Below, piece after piece: positions 28,171 through 38,068 of a stretch of DNA of 64,000 bases. The stretch's first letter is position 1. The number at the start of each line of letters is the position of its first letter. Source of the DNA: Longimicrobiales bacterium (GTDB lineage Bacteria > Gemmatimonadota > Gemmatimonadetes > Longimicrobiales > Gaopeijiaceae); assembly GCA_965219445.1 (NCBI GenBank), contig CBDCNQ010000005.1, positions 896,001-960,000 on the forward strand, given 5' to 3'. Under the pieces are notes generated by a model that was given only the letters and a program-made list of their open reading frames with translations, had not been told where the DNA came from and did not search any database. Made by a program: the position numbers and the translations under genes.

Positions 28171-28668
28171 ACGTCCTCAAGGAGAGGAATTCAGAGGCGG
28201 TGGCCTTTATGAACGAGCCCCGCTACGAGCTCGGCGAGCACCAAGGAGCTGAGTTTTGTGGGACTTGTCATACCCAGACGTACGCTGAATGGCAGACCAA
28301 TTCTCGACACGCCCAACTCACCGTCTCGACCGATTCCATCGCCGATCTCGACTCCGTCTAGGCGGCACCCGGAGGCAAAGTGGTCCCGCGGATGTCCAAC
28401 CGACACCGCGAAGCCGCACGAGCCCTGGTGGAAGCGGTCAGGTCCCGCCGGCCAAGCGACCGGCCGGTGGAAGTCGACCGAACGTTGCGGCTCTTTGTGA
28501 GAGCGTACCGGCCGGCCAACAGCGCTTGGACCGGGTTCCTCTTCGTTGCATTGGGGTGTGGAACGTCCGACCCAGCCGCGCTTCTACCTCTGGACGTCGC
28601 CGCGGCCGAGGCCTGCGAACGAGTAGGGCGTAGTGCTTCGATGCGGTCGCGAATATGATACTGGCGCG

Positions 28669-30345
28669 TCAGGCTCGTCGAGTTCTCACTTCCTCCATCG
28701 CCCGCCGCTCGTCTCCGTACGGGTCGTTCACCGCGCGGCAGTCATTGTCGAAGACCATCGTGGCCCGCTCCGATTCGGTGAAGGCCGGCCAGTGCGGCAA
28801 GCTCTCGTGGTTGGGGTCGCCCGTGCGAGCAAACGAGACCCACGCCTCACTCATCTGCTGCGCAAGCGCGTACCGATCGCGACCTGTGCCGGTCATGGAC
28901 TGCACGTCGTCCACATGGTCGAAGACGAACGGGAGTTCCATGCAGTGCATGGACCGGAGCTTGCCCCCCAGAACCGGTGACCGCCACCGGAAGTAATACA
29001 TGTAGACCGACGAGGTTCCCTGCGCGGCCTTGCGCTCGGCAATCGTGTACGACGACAGTCGCAACGGCGAGTTGTCGGCGGCCATCACGAGTGCGAGGTC
29101 GCCGAACGAGTCGCCGGGCCTGTTCTGCCGGTACAAGGCAATCAGCCGATCGGCCTCGCCGTCGTCGATCCGCAGCCGCCCTCTGAGGTACTCGCGCAAG
29201 CCGGCGTGGTCCTCCGGCTCGCTGGTCCAGAACGGAGCATCAGGATTGCCGTACGGCACGCCCTCTGTTTCGTTCGAGCCGCAGATGACAGGCACCATAG
29301 CCGCGAGCGGCGAGGCGCCGGGCTCGAAGGGGTGCATGGTCAGTACACGACCGTCCACGACGGGTGTGAACCGCCGCGAAAGATCCCCCGCCGGCGGAGC
29401 CTGGCCGCCACCGAGCTGCCCGCCCGCGCGTCCTGTGCCGCCGCTGAGCGCCGAAATGATCTGTTCGGCCGACAATCGCTGCAGCTCGTCGAGCTCGGTG
29501 GCCTTCAGCCCAAGTCGCGACAGCATTAGCTCTGCCGCCTCGACGGCTCTGTCCGGCTCGAGTGCCGTGACCGCCGTATCGGCGAGCGTGCTCATGATGA
29601 TGGCGCGATGGAAGAGGCCCGTGGCCGACGGCATGCCATGGAGGATGCTCGTCTTGCCGCCACCGCCGGACTGACCGAAGATGGTCACGTTGCCGGGGTT
29701 GCCGCCGAACCTGGCGATGTTGTCGCGGACCCAGTTGAGGGCCAGCACGATGTCCTGCATCCCCAAGTTGGCGGAGTTACGAACCCGGTTGTCCCCGAGC
29801 TCCGTGAGATGAAGGAAGCCGAATGCGTTGAGACGATGCGTGACGGTGACGACCACGACATCGTGCGTCCTGGCCAGCGCCTCGCCGTTGTAGAACACAG
29901 AGTTGCCCGACCCGGTCCGGAAGCCCCCTCCATGAAACCACACCATCACCGGACGGTTGCCGGCACCAGTCGCGGGCGTCCAGACGTTCAGGCGGAGACA
30001 GTCCTCGCTCATGGGGCCCGTGCCTGTCAGGGCGTCGCCGATTTCGGGGATCATCGGTCTGAACGGCTGGTACGCCCGCGGACCGTAGTCGAGGGCGTCC
30101 TGGACGCCCGTCCACGTTTCGGGCCGCTCCGGAGGCATGAAGCGTCTCGTGCCAACCGGTGCGGCCCCGTATCGCACGCCCTGGAAGATGTGTACGGCGT
30201 CCCGGACCCGCCCTCGAATCCGGCCGGCGCTCGTTTCAACGGTGGAGGACGAGCCGGACGACTGCGGGGCACCCAGTGACGGTTTCCACAGGAGGGAGCC
30301 GGCGAGCACGCCTCCTCCCATGGCGAAGAACGATCGGCGTTTCAT
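28669..30345 (-). CDS. Carboxylesterase type B with Tat signal
   Basis: KRRSFF; SEDCLRLNVWTP, FHGGGF, FGQSGGG, HCMEL. Confidence 0.9.
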   Translation of the reverse strand: MKRRSFFAMGGGVLAGSLLWKPSLGAPQSSGSSSTVETSAGRIRGRVRDAVHIFQGVRYGAAPVGTRRFMPPERPETWTGVQDALDYGPRAYQPFRPMIPEIGDALTGTGPMSEDCLRLNVWTPATGAGNRPVMVWFHGGGFRTGSGNSVFYNGEALARTHDVVVVTVTHRLNAFGFLHLTELGDNRVRNSANLGMQDIVLALNWVRDNIARFGGNPGNVTIFGQSGGGGKTSILHGMPSATGLFHRAIIMSTLADTAVTALEPDRAVEAAELMLSRLGLKATELDELQRLSAEQIISALSGGTGRAGGQLGGGQAPPAGDLSRRFTPVVDGRVLTMHPFEPGASPLAAMVPVICGSNETEGVPYGNPDAPFWTSEPEDHAGLREYLRGRLRIDDGEADRLIALYRQNRPGDSFGDLALVMAADNSPLRLSSYTIAERKAAQGTSSVYMYYFRWRSPVLGGKLRSMHCMELPFVFDHVDDVQSMTGTGRDRYALAQQMSEAWVSFARTGDPNHESLPHWPAFTESERATMVFDNDCRAVNDPYGDERRAMEEVRTRRA

Positions 30346-30933
30346 CGTGGCCTACCTGTTCCAATACAACGGATTTCCGGTCGGTGTCCTGACTCACCGG
30401 CCCTGCCCGTCGTGTCCCACACGTGCGCCGGCCGACACCGGTCGACTGAGTAATGGGACATTACGGCATCCCCCGTCGCGATACAACTTCGAGTACTCGC
30501 CCATCAAACCGCAGCAATACCCGATTCTTCCAGTCGTGCTTCCGGATCATAAGCACGAGCGTCAATGTCGTCTTGTTGAGCCGACCCGTCCTGATGATGA
30601 CCGCTGTCTTAGCCCCGGGAGGCCTGCCAAGTGAGCATGTCGTCGGTGACCTTGCGTTCGAGCAGACCGTCAGAAGGATCGGGATCGCGCAGAGCATTTC
30701 CTCGCCACGCGTCGCTAGCGGGCCGAGCGCCAGCGACCAACTTGATAGGTCCAGGGGGGCTCCCCACTGTGGCCGCCAGCTTCGGATGATTGTCGGCCAG
30801 GGGAGGTTGCTCCTCGGGGTCCATTCTCGAAAAGAAGTTTGCGATGCAAGCCGACAGACCTGTCGAGGCAGAGAGGAGTCGTTCCGTTCCGCGCCGCTGG
30901 CAGACGGCGCCCTCTCCCGTCGTCTCCGCTACC

Positions 30934-32061
30934 TCATTGTCGCGCGACGTACTTGGTAAACGCCCCGCCGGCCCACCGCAGCGAGTTCGGGCCCTCCGCG
31001 GCGTAGACGTTTCCGTCCCCGTCGACCGCCACCCCTTCACCCGCCGCACCCTGGTATGGTCGGTCATCGGCCGGGTGCGCTGGAATGAACTCGTTGACCC
31101 AATCCTCGTGGACGGTGCCGATGCGTACCCCGTTCGCCCAGTTCACATGACGGGTCGGGCTCGACGTTGAGTCGATCCCGTACAGTTTTTGGTCCTCCGT
31201 TATGTAAAGGCCGCTAATGCGTCCGAAGGTGTAGAAGGAGTCGAGGTAGTTGCCCTCCTGGTCGAAGATCTCGATGCGGTGGTTACCGCGGTCGGCGACG
31301 AAGAGACGACCCTGGGCGTCGAACGCCAACGCGTGCGGCTGGCGGAACTCCCCGTGCAGCGTGCCGATCTGTCCCCACTCTTTGATGAACGTGCCGTCGG
31401 CCGTGTACTTGAGGATGCGGCCCGTCGAGCCCTCCGGGGGGGTCCCATCGTTCCCTCCGTTGTGCCCATCCGCGACGAAGATGCTCCCGTCGGGCGCGGT
31501 GATCACGTCACTCGGCTGGTTCAGTTGGTTCGGTCCGCTTCCCGGCCGGCCTGCCGTGCCGAGCGTCATTAGCACCTCACCTGTGGGGCTGAACTTGAAG
31601 ACCTGGTGGCCCTTGGTCCCGGCCTGGTTCCCCGCGAAGTCGGTCACCCACACATTGCCGTCGCTATCTGCGTGGATCCCGTGCGGGGTCACGAAGAGTC
31701 CCGCGCCGAAGTTCGCGAGTACCTCGCCTGTGTTCCGGTCGAACTTGAAGATCGGGTCGACGAGGTTCGTGTCGCAACCACTGGATCCGAAGCTGCCGGC
31801 GCCGCAACGCTCGTACGCCCAGACGTGCCCATCGGTCCGGTCGATGTCGATGCCGGCGGTCGATCCCCACTCCCTGCCCGAGGGTAGCTCGCCCCAGTTC
31901 GAGATCACGCTCGGGGCCGGGTTCGGCAGACCTTCGCCGGTGATCGGATTGCCCATGGACATGGCCGAGGCGGGTGGGGCCCCCAAGTCCGTCGTGCATC
32001 CGAACACCAAGGTGGCGGCACAAGCGACCAGCATGGACATGAGAACTCGTGACGATGACAT
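30934..32061 (-). CDS. NHL-repeat (PAL-like) lipoprotein
   Basis: Lipobox VFGC; WGSTAGID, PHGIHAD, FVADG, DRGNHRIEIFD. Confidence 0.85.
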   Translation of the reverse strand: MSSSRVLMSMLVACAATLVFGCTTDLGAPPASAMSMGNPITGEGLPNPAPSVISNWGELPSGREWGSTAGIDIDRTDGHVWAYERCGAGSFGSSGCDTNLVDPIFKFDRNTGEVLANFGAGLFVTPHGIHADSDGNVWVTDFAGNQAGTKGHQVFKFSPTGEVLMTLGTAGRPGSGPNQLNQPSDVITAPDGSIFVADGHNGGNDGTPPEGSTGRILKYTADGTFIKEWGQIGTLHGEFRQPHALAFDAQGRLFVADRGNHRIEIFDQEGNYLDSFYTFGRISGLYITEDQKLYGIDSTSSPTRHVNWANGVRIGTVHEDWVNEFIPAHPADDRPYQGAAGEGVAVDGDGNVYAAEGPNSLRWAGGAFTKYVARQ

Positions 32062-32343
32062 GGTATTCCCCCCTCGAGAAACCCTTCGGGCGACTCGGCC
32101 GCCCAATGAAGATCCGCGCCGCGTGCGGCTAACTTACTCGCCACCGTCGGCTGCGGGTCTGGCCGTTCCGCCGGGCAAGTAGGTCTCCCTGATCATGTCG
32201 CGGTCCACTTTATGCCCCTGAAGATACCAGTAGAGTCCGGTGGCGGAAACATGGCTCGCCAGGCCTGATGCGGTCGAGTGGGCAGAAGCCGACAGGTTCA
32301 CATCTGCTTGGGGTAATTGAACTTACGGGCATACCCAACCGGG

Positions 32344-32370
32344 TTCCCGCTGATTGATTCCCGCTGATTG
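32344..32370. repeat. 13-bp direct repeat beside the integrase stop codon (candidate arm site/ICE end)
   Basis: TTCCCGCTGATTG A TTCCCGCTGATTG. Confidence 0.6.
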
Positions 32371-32373
32371 GTC

Positions 32374-33537
32374 TCAGGCGCGAACTCTGCGACGGCTCTC
32401 CAGAGCCTTCCTGAGCTGTGCCTCATCGGCCCGCTGGTAGCACTGCAGCACCGTCTTGGCCTCCTTCCAACCGCCGAGTTCGCAGAGCACCTTGAGCGGC
32501 TGGTCCATGAGGTCGGAAGCAAACTTCCGCCTGAGCGAGTGCCAGCCGCGGCCACGCTTGGATGCCAGCCCTGCGAGCGCTACGGCCTTCTCCCACCAGC
32601 GCTGCGTCCACGAACAGCTCACGCACCTCGAGCGATCCCAAGGCGAGGGCAGCACGGGCGCGTCCCCGATCCCGGGATTCTTCTTTCGCGCCTCCTCCAA
32701 GGCGGCGAGCGCCTCGGCGGTGACCGGCGTCCGGTGCTCGTAGCCCGACTTGTCGTGCTCTGCGCGCCAGCGCACCACTCCGCCTTCAAGGTCGATGTCC
32801 GAGCATCGAAGCTGACGGATGGCGCCGATGCGGTGTCCTGTCTCGTGTGCGAGGACCAGAGCAACGTGAAAGCGCCAGTCCACCTCCACGGACACCCGAA
32901 GCATGGCCTCGTATTCCGCCTCAGTGAGCAGCACCCGGGTAGGATTCTTCTCTTTCGGCGTCTTGAGGCCCCTGAGGGGGTTGGACTCGAGCAAGAGCCT
33001 TCCCCTCTCGTCCCTCGACCTCGCGGCCCAGTTGAGGACCGCGAGCAGGAACTTGAGGTCCCGTTCGATCATCCGGTCGGCCACCGGCTTGCCGCTGCGG
33101 CCGGCTCTGCCCGCCCGCCGCTCCCGGATGAACCGGTCCCAGTCGCGCTGGGAGAGCGTGGCGGGGTCGCGGTTCCGTCCGAAGCAACCGAGGAACATCC
33201 CCATTGTGGCTCTGTCGTACCTCTGGGACGGCTTCGTCTTGGTGGGCGTCACCTCTTCACCGTAGATGTCAAAAAGCGTCTCCAGGGTGAGCGGCTCGGG
33301 CTCGGCTTCGGCCTTGCGGTGCATCTCCGGCCCGAGGTAGCCAGCGGCGAACTCGTCCGCCTGCGTCTTCGCGCGAGCCCAGTCTCGATGCTTGAGCGAC
33401 CTTGTGAGCCTGCGCCCGTTCTCGCGCCACTCGATCTGGAACAGGCCGGTCTTGGGATCGGGAAAGACCCGTACCCGGTTCCGGCCCCATTCGCCGGCGC
33501 CGTAGGAGCGCCGGATAGGTTTCGTGCGTGCCATCAT
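32374..33537 (-). CDS. Tyrosine recombinase/integrase
   Basis: TGHRIGA (R), HSLRR (HxxR), GGW, QCY (Y). Confidence 0.9.
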   Translation of the reverse strand: MMARTKPIRRSYGAGEWGRNRVRVFPDPKTGLFQIEWRENGRRLTRSLKHRDWARAKTQADEFAAGYLGPEMHRKAEAEPEPLTLETLFDIYGEEVTPTKTKPSQRYDRATMGMFLGCFGRNRDPATLSQRDWDRFIRERRAGRAGRSGKPVADRMIERDLKFLLAVLNWAARSRDERGRLLLESNPLRGLKTPKEKNPTRVLLTEAEYEAMLRVSVEVDWRFHVALVLAHETGHRIGAIRQLRCSDIDLEGGVVRWRAEHDKSGYEHRTPVTAEALAALEEARKKNPGIGDAPVLPSPWDRSRCVSCSWTQRWWEKAVALAGLASKRGRGWHSLRRKFASDLMDQPLKVLCELGGWKEAKTVLQCYQRADEAQLRKALESRRRVRA

Positions 33538-33980
33538 TCGATTCCTCCCTCGATGATGGACTGCACGATCTGCACGTTGGAAACTTCGCCTTGGCGGTGC
33601 TTTTCCACCAGTAGCGGTGTGGCTGGCGCCTGGGTCTTCCGTGGCAGGTGGCTGCGGGCGATCCTGGGCGCGCCGGGCCTTCCGGCGTTGGGGATCCTGC
33701 CGTCGCGCACGAGGCGGCCGAGATGGTCAGCGGAGTAGCCGCTCTCCCTGGCTGCCTCCGTCAGCGAGAGGGTGGTCTCGTCCCTCTCCCTGAGCGTGGC
33801 CTCGAGCTCGGCCGCGCAGCTTTCGAGCGCGACGGCCGGCGTCTCGCCCCCGTACCGGCGGAGCGCCTTGGCCTGCGTCCGCCAGGTGACTGGCAGGGTC
33901 TCGACGGACGCGCCGCGAGGTGTGCGCGCACGTTTGGGTCGATCTCGTCGGCCCGCCGCGCGCCCGGTCTCCGCGTTCAT
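33534..33980 (-). CDS. Excisionase-like HTH protein
   Basis: LSLTEAARESGYSADHLGRLVRDGRIP; overlaps the integrase start. Confidence 0.65.
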   Translation of the reverse strand: MNAETGRAAGRRDRPKRARTPRGASVETLPVTWRTQAKALRRYGGETPAVALESCAAELEATLRERDETTLSLTEAARESGYSADHLGRLVRDGRIPNAGRPGAPRIARSHLPRKTQAPATPLLVEKHRQGEVSNVQIVQSIIEGGIE

Positions 33981-34291
33981 TCCCAGTCGCCCTCGGCGTC
34001 TCTGCGGAGCGCGTCGGTGAGGGCCGGGTCGCCCTCGCCGCGCCGAACGGAGCGCTCGGCGAGATCGACGCGCCGGCCGAGGTCGGCGAGCCCGGCGGCG
34101 CGTGCGACGGCGTAGATGGCGGCCGCAACGGCTGCGAGTGCCAGCCCGGCGTGCACTGCGATCAAGACGCCGTGTTCGGCGAGGAGGAGCGGCCAATACG
34201 GCGCGAGGTATTCGAGGCGCGGCCCGGCGAGCAGCACGGCAGACCCCGCGATGGCGGCGGTGAGGCCGGCGCTGATTTTCCAGGGTTGCAT
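33977..34291 (-). CDS. Hypothetical membrane protein
   Basis: Two hydrophobic segments; translationally coupled to the next gene. Confidence 0.55.
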   Translation of the reverse strand: MQPWKISAGLTAAIAGSAVLLAGPRLEYLAPYWPLLLAEHGVLIAVHAGLALAAVAAAIYAVARAAGLADLGRRVDLAERSVRRGEGDPALTDALRRDAEGDWE

Positions 34292-34309
34292 GGCGGGCCT
34301 CTCCCGTAG

Positions 34310-35212
34310 TCAGAGTTCGACTGCGGCCGGATCGCGGTCGGCGGGTCCCCGGAGCGAGGAGCGGTCGCCGCCGCCGCCCAGGCCGAGCGTGCGCAGCAGC
34401 CGCGCCGCGGCCGGTCCGTTGGCGTGGAGCGCGAACCCGGCCGCCGCTTTCGCCTTGATGGCCCCTTCGCGGTAGTTGCCGGACGCGACCTCGATGTTGA
34501 CGCGTCCAGCTCGCCCGTCGGCATCGGCGTACTCGATCTGGGCGTCCGGGTAGAGCACGTGCCCTTCGTCGTCGAGGGGGAGTCCGAGTTCGCCGGCGGT
34601 GCGGTGCCGTTCGGCATCGGCGGCCCGCTTGCCGTCCTTCAGCCGCGCCGCCTCGCTGCCGCGCGCGACGGCGCTCTTGAGTTCGGTGTCGAGCCGGATG
34701 CGCCGCACTGCTGCGCCCCGGTCGAGCAGCCGCTGTTTCTCCTTCATGCAGGCGCGGTAGACGGCGGTGTCGTGCGCGGCCTCGGCAGGCCGGGTGCGTG
34801 CGAACCGGATTTCCTGGCTGGGATCCATTCCCCGTTCGGCGGCCCGCTTCCGAGCTTCGGCCACGCCGCTGCGGGTGAGCGTCAGGACCTTGAACGGGTT
34901 GCCCTTGGGTCCGGTGGCCGTGGTCTCGGTGACGAGCCCTTCGCGGACCCAGGCGTTCACGGCCCGCCGGGTGGTGTAGGGGTGTCCGCCGAAGTGGGCC
35001 TCGGCCAGGTCGCGGTACGAGACGGCGCCGTAGACGCCGATATCGGCGAGCCCGCGCGCACACCGTTCGGGGAAGGAGGTGGACCCGCGGTCCCGGCTCG
35101 CGGCGTATTCTCGGCGATGGCCGTCCCGCATGCGGTAGCGATTGCGGCTGGGTGGCGCGGCGGTCCGCGGGTCCGGTTCGACCGTGCGGTCGAACATCTC
35201 CTGGCTCCTCAC
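34310..35212 (-). CDS. Replication-relaxation (Replic_Relax)-like protein: wHTH + PD-(D/E)xK-type domain
   Basis: LTLTRSG wing, AAHD, YPDAQIEY...NIEV...Y...KAK. Confidence 0.55.
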   Translation of the reverse strand: MRSQEMFDRTVEPDPRTAAPPSRNRYRMRDGHRREYAASRDRGSTSFPERCARGLADIGVYGAVSYRDLAEAHFGGHPYTTRRAVNAWVREGLVTETTATGPKGNPFKVLTLTRSGVAEARKRAAERGMDPSQEIRFARTRPAEAAHDTAVYRACMKEKQRLLDRGAAVRRIRLDTELKSAVARGSEAARLKDGKRAADAERHRTAGELGLPLDDEGHVLYPDAQIEYADADGRAGRVNIEVASGNYREGAIKAKAAAGFALHANGPAAARLLRTLGLGGGGDRSSLRGPADRDPAAVEL

Positions 35213-35218
35213 CGACCG

Positions 35219-36247
35219 TCAGCGGCGCGGCCCGAAGGTCCGCTGCGGCACGGGGAGCGGCGGCACGGGATGGACGATTCGCCCCGGCGCGGGCGCGCGG
35301 GTCGCGGCCACGGCCGCGGGTTCGCGCGCGGCCTCGCGCTCGCGGTGCCGCGAGAGCACGAAGTCGGAGATCTTCTGCGAGTCGGCGGCGGCGCGGCGGA
35401 TCTCGCGGGGGTCCTCCTCGAGTGCGGCGATCCAGCCCTCGACGTACGCGGCGCCCCGGCTCGGGTCATGGCCGACGCCCACGCGCTCGCCCGTCATCAT
35501 GGCACTGATCTCCGCGCGGAGCTCCTCCTTCGCGTAGGCCGGCGAGGCGAACCCTTCAGAGATCCCTTGGGTGAGCGTCTCGCGGTTCATGCGCTCCGGG
35601 TGGCCGGTGCTGTGGCCCAGCTCGTGTAGCGCCGTCTGGTAGTAGTGGTTCGCGGAGGGGAACTGTCCCCTCTCCGGGAGCACGATCTCGTCGCGGTTCA
35701 GGTTGTAGAACGCGCGGTCGCCCGCCACGTGACGGACGGGCACCCCTCCGTCCTCGAGGACCTGCTCGGCCTGCTGGTGCACCTTCCAGAGCGGCTCGGC
35801 CGTTGGCGCGGGCCGGGCCGGGAGCCCGTCGGCCTGCTCGGCGTTGAACACGGTGTACTGGCGGACGACGGGCGCCTTGAGGCGCTCGTGGCGGTAAACG
35901 CGCTTGCCTTCGTTGTCCCTCTTGGGCCGTCCGCGCTCGTCGTTGACGGCGATCTTCCGGTGGTCCTGGAACGAGAGGATGCGAGTGCCCTGCTCGCCCT
36001 TGCGCACCTGTCCGTCCCGGGCCTGGATCTGGCGGTAGGTGCCCCAGCGCACGTCGCCGTAGCCGCGCTCCTGGGCCACGGCGGCGAGATGCAGGCTGTT
36101 GCCGCCCCTGTAGGAGCGGCCCGTATCGACGTTGGAGGGGAGCACGCGCTCGCCCGGCCCCCAGGGCTTCTGCCACGGCGCGGTGCCCTGGCGGATCTGC
36201 TCGATGATGGCGTCGGCGAACTGGCGGTGGTATTCGTCGTGTTTCAT
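35219..36247 (-). CDS. ardC: ArdC-family antirestriction/ssDNA-binding zincin protein
   Basis: APWQKPW, YRGGN, QVRKGE, TVFNAEQ, LHELGHSTGH, YAKEELRAE. Confidence 0.9.
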   Translation of the reverse strand: MKHDEYHRQFADAIIEQIRQGTAPWQKPWGPGERVLPSNVDTGRSYRGGNSLHLAAVAQERGYGDVRWGTYRQIQARDGQVRKGEQGTRILSFQDHRKIAVNDERGRPKRDNEGKRVYRHERLKAPVVRQYTVFNAEQADGLPARPAPTAEPLWKVHQQAEQVLEDGGVPVRHVAGDRAFYNLNRDEIVLPERGQFPSANHYYQTALHELGHSTGHPERMNRETLTQGISEGFASPAYAKEELRAEISAMMTGERVGVGHDPSRGAAYVEGWIAALEEDPREIRRAAADSQKISDFVLSRHREREAAREPAAVAATRAPAPGRIVHPVPPLPVPQRTFGPRR

Positions 36248-36444
36248 AGCTCTTCCTCCTCGGGGCCGTGCGGATCCTCTCCGGCGTCGCGGATCTCGTC
36301 CTCGCTGCCCACGTCCTCGGGGAAGAGGCCGTACTCTTCGGCCAGCGAGGCCGGCACCTCGAGCGCCTCGCCTCCGTCGCGCGCGAGTTCGCGGTCGAAG
36401 CCGTCGAGCGTCTCGACGCGAACGATGTTCTCGTCGCCTTTCAT
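36244..36444 (-). CDS. Small acidic hypothetical protein
   Basis: GAGGTG RBS; coupled to both neighbours by 4-bp overlaps. Confidence 0.55.
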   Translation of the reverse strand: MKGDENIVRVETLDGFDRELARDGGEALEVPASLAEEYGLFPEDVGSEDEIRDAGEDPHGPEEEEL

Positions 36445-37028
36445 GGGTTCACCTCCTCGGTGTGTGGGTGCTGTTCTTGCGGGGCTTCGTCGGCCCCGCT
36501 CCAGATCGGTTCGGCGATCCAGCGGCCCTTGGCCGCGTCGTAGCCGCGCACTTCGAGCGCCTCCTCGACGAAGCGCCTGCCCCGTTGCCGGGTCGTGTGC
36601 AGCACGAGCGAGATCCCGTCCACGACGCCCCGGCAGGTGACCTCCCAGGGGAGCGCGCCTTCGGCCTGCATGGCGCAGCTCGCCAGGCGCGATAGCGCGG
36701 AGCGGGCGTTGTTCGCGTGGATGGTGGTCAGCGAGCCGCCGTGGCCGGTGTTGAGCGCCTGCAGCAGATCGGCGGCCTCGCCGCCCCTGACCTCGCCGAC
36801 GACGATGTGGTCGGGCCGGTGGCGCAGCGCGTGCCGCACCAGGTCGCGGACCCGTACGGAGGTCTCGGTGCCGACAGCCCCGGCCTCGAAGCGGAGGCAG
36901 TTGGCGCGCTCGATCCTGAGCTCGAGCGTGTCCTCGATGGCGACGATCCGCTCGTCTTCGGGCAGCAACTCGATCAGCGCGCCCCAAATTTCCGCGTACT
37001 CGCGGCCGGCATCGTGTTCTCGGTTCAT
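36441..37028 (-). pseudogene. virB11: In-frame virB8(N-terminal 16 aa)::virB11/CpaF ATPase (C-terminal half) deletion fusion
   Basis: MNREHDAGREYAEIWG (identical to the start of 54065) joined to RIVAIEDTLE, LRHRPDHIVVGEVRG, LNTGHGGSLTTIHAN; Walker A missing. Confidence 0.85.
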
Positions 37029-37039
37029 GGATGTCTCCT

Positions 37040-38050
37040 TCAGCCTCCGGGGACTGGGGGGCGGGCCGGGTTCGCGGCAGCGCTGAGGCGTCCGCCGCCG
37101 CGCACCACGAGCGCCATGAACCCCGATCCGACGGATCCGGAGCCTGAGACGAGCATCGCGGCGAGCTCGCCCACCTTCATGCCGGCCATCAGGCCGGAGA
37201 CGACGAGCGGTAGCAGGACGACGACCCACAGCCCGAGCTCCGCGGGGTCGGAGGAGCCGGTGCCCATCAAGGCGCCGGTGTAGGTCGTGACGTAGCCCAT
37301 GCCCACGCCCATGAACACACGGAGAATGGCTCCCGCCACGACGCCGTAGAGTGTGTAGACGATGAGCGTGCGGAACCATCCCCAGAACAGGAACGCGAGC
37401 GGCTCGAACAGCAGCCAGGGGATGAACACGGGGCCGAGCAGGATCACGATCGCGAGCGCCACCTGCGCCCAGATCACCTGCGCGTAGGTCAGGCAGAAGA
37501 GCGCGACGAGGCCGAGCACGAGCGGCACGCCCATCATCAGCGCGACGAGGGACGAGAAGAACACGCTCACGCCCTCGGTCATGAGGGTCATCAGGCTCCC
37601 GCCCGACCATGCCGCGCCGAGCCGTGCGGCGAACGCCTGCACCAGCGCGGTCATCTCCGTGTAGCCGACGGACACGACGTCGGAGATGAACAGGTTCTGG
37701 AGCCAGATCCCTCCGGCCGCCACCATGGCCGGAAACGTGAAGCCCACGCCCGGGATCGGGACGCTGTAGTAATGGAGCAGCGTCCGGGGGATCGCGATCC
37801 CGAGCACGACACGCACGAGGGCCCAGGGCTCGAAGGTTCCGCTGAACGCGATCTTGAGGCCGCTCCATGCGACGACGATCGCCGCGAGACCGCCCCACAG
37901 CTGGTGGCCGAGCGTCAGCACGTCGGGCGCGGCGCCGCCGACCACGGTATCTAGCACGACGTCGAGGAACCCCTTGAAGTCCTGGAGCTGATCCGCCGGG
38001 ATCTGGGCCGGGACGTTCGGATCGATCGACTGCGGGGGAGGAAGTTGCAT
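37040..38050 (-). CDS. virB6: T4SS VirB6/TrbL protein
   Basis: Polytopic; LLGPVFIPWLLFEPLAFLFWGWFR; operon position. Confidence 0.8.
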   Translation of the reverse strand: MQLPPPQSIDPNVPAQIPADQLQDFKGFLDVVLDTVVGGAAPDVLTLGHQLWGGLAAIVVAWSGLKIAFSGTFEPWALVRVVLGIAIPRTLLHYYSVPIPGVGFTFPAMVAAGGIWLQNLFISDVVSVGYTEMTALVQAFAARLGAAWSGGSLMTLMTEGVSVFFSSLVALMMGVPLVLGLVALFCLTYAQVIWAQVALAIVILLGPVFIPWLLFEPLAFLFWGWFRTLIVYTLYGVVAGAILRVFMGVGMGYVTTYTGALMGTGSSDPAELGLWVVVLLPLVVSGLMAGMKVGELAAMLVSGSGSVGSGFMALVVRGGGRLSAAANPARPPVPGG

Positions 38051-38068
38051 GACGGTCGCTCCCGGGGC

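Noticed and set aside
30400..30930. Short ORFs between the carboxylesterase and NHL genes (also 28190-28660)
   Set aside because: No recognisable domain or RBS; possibly decayed sequence that cannot be assigned.
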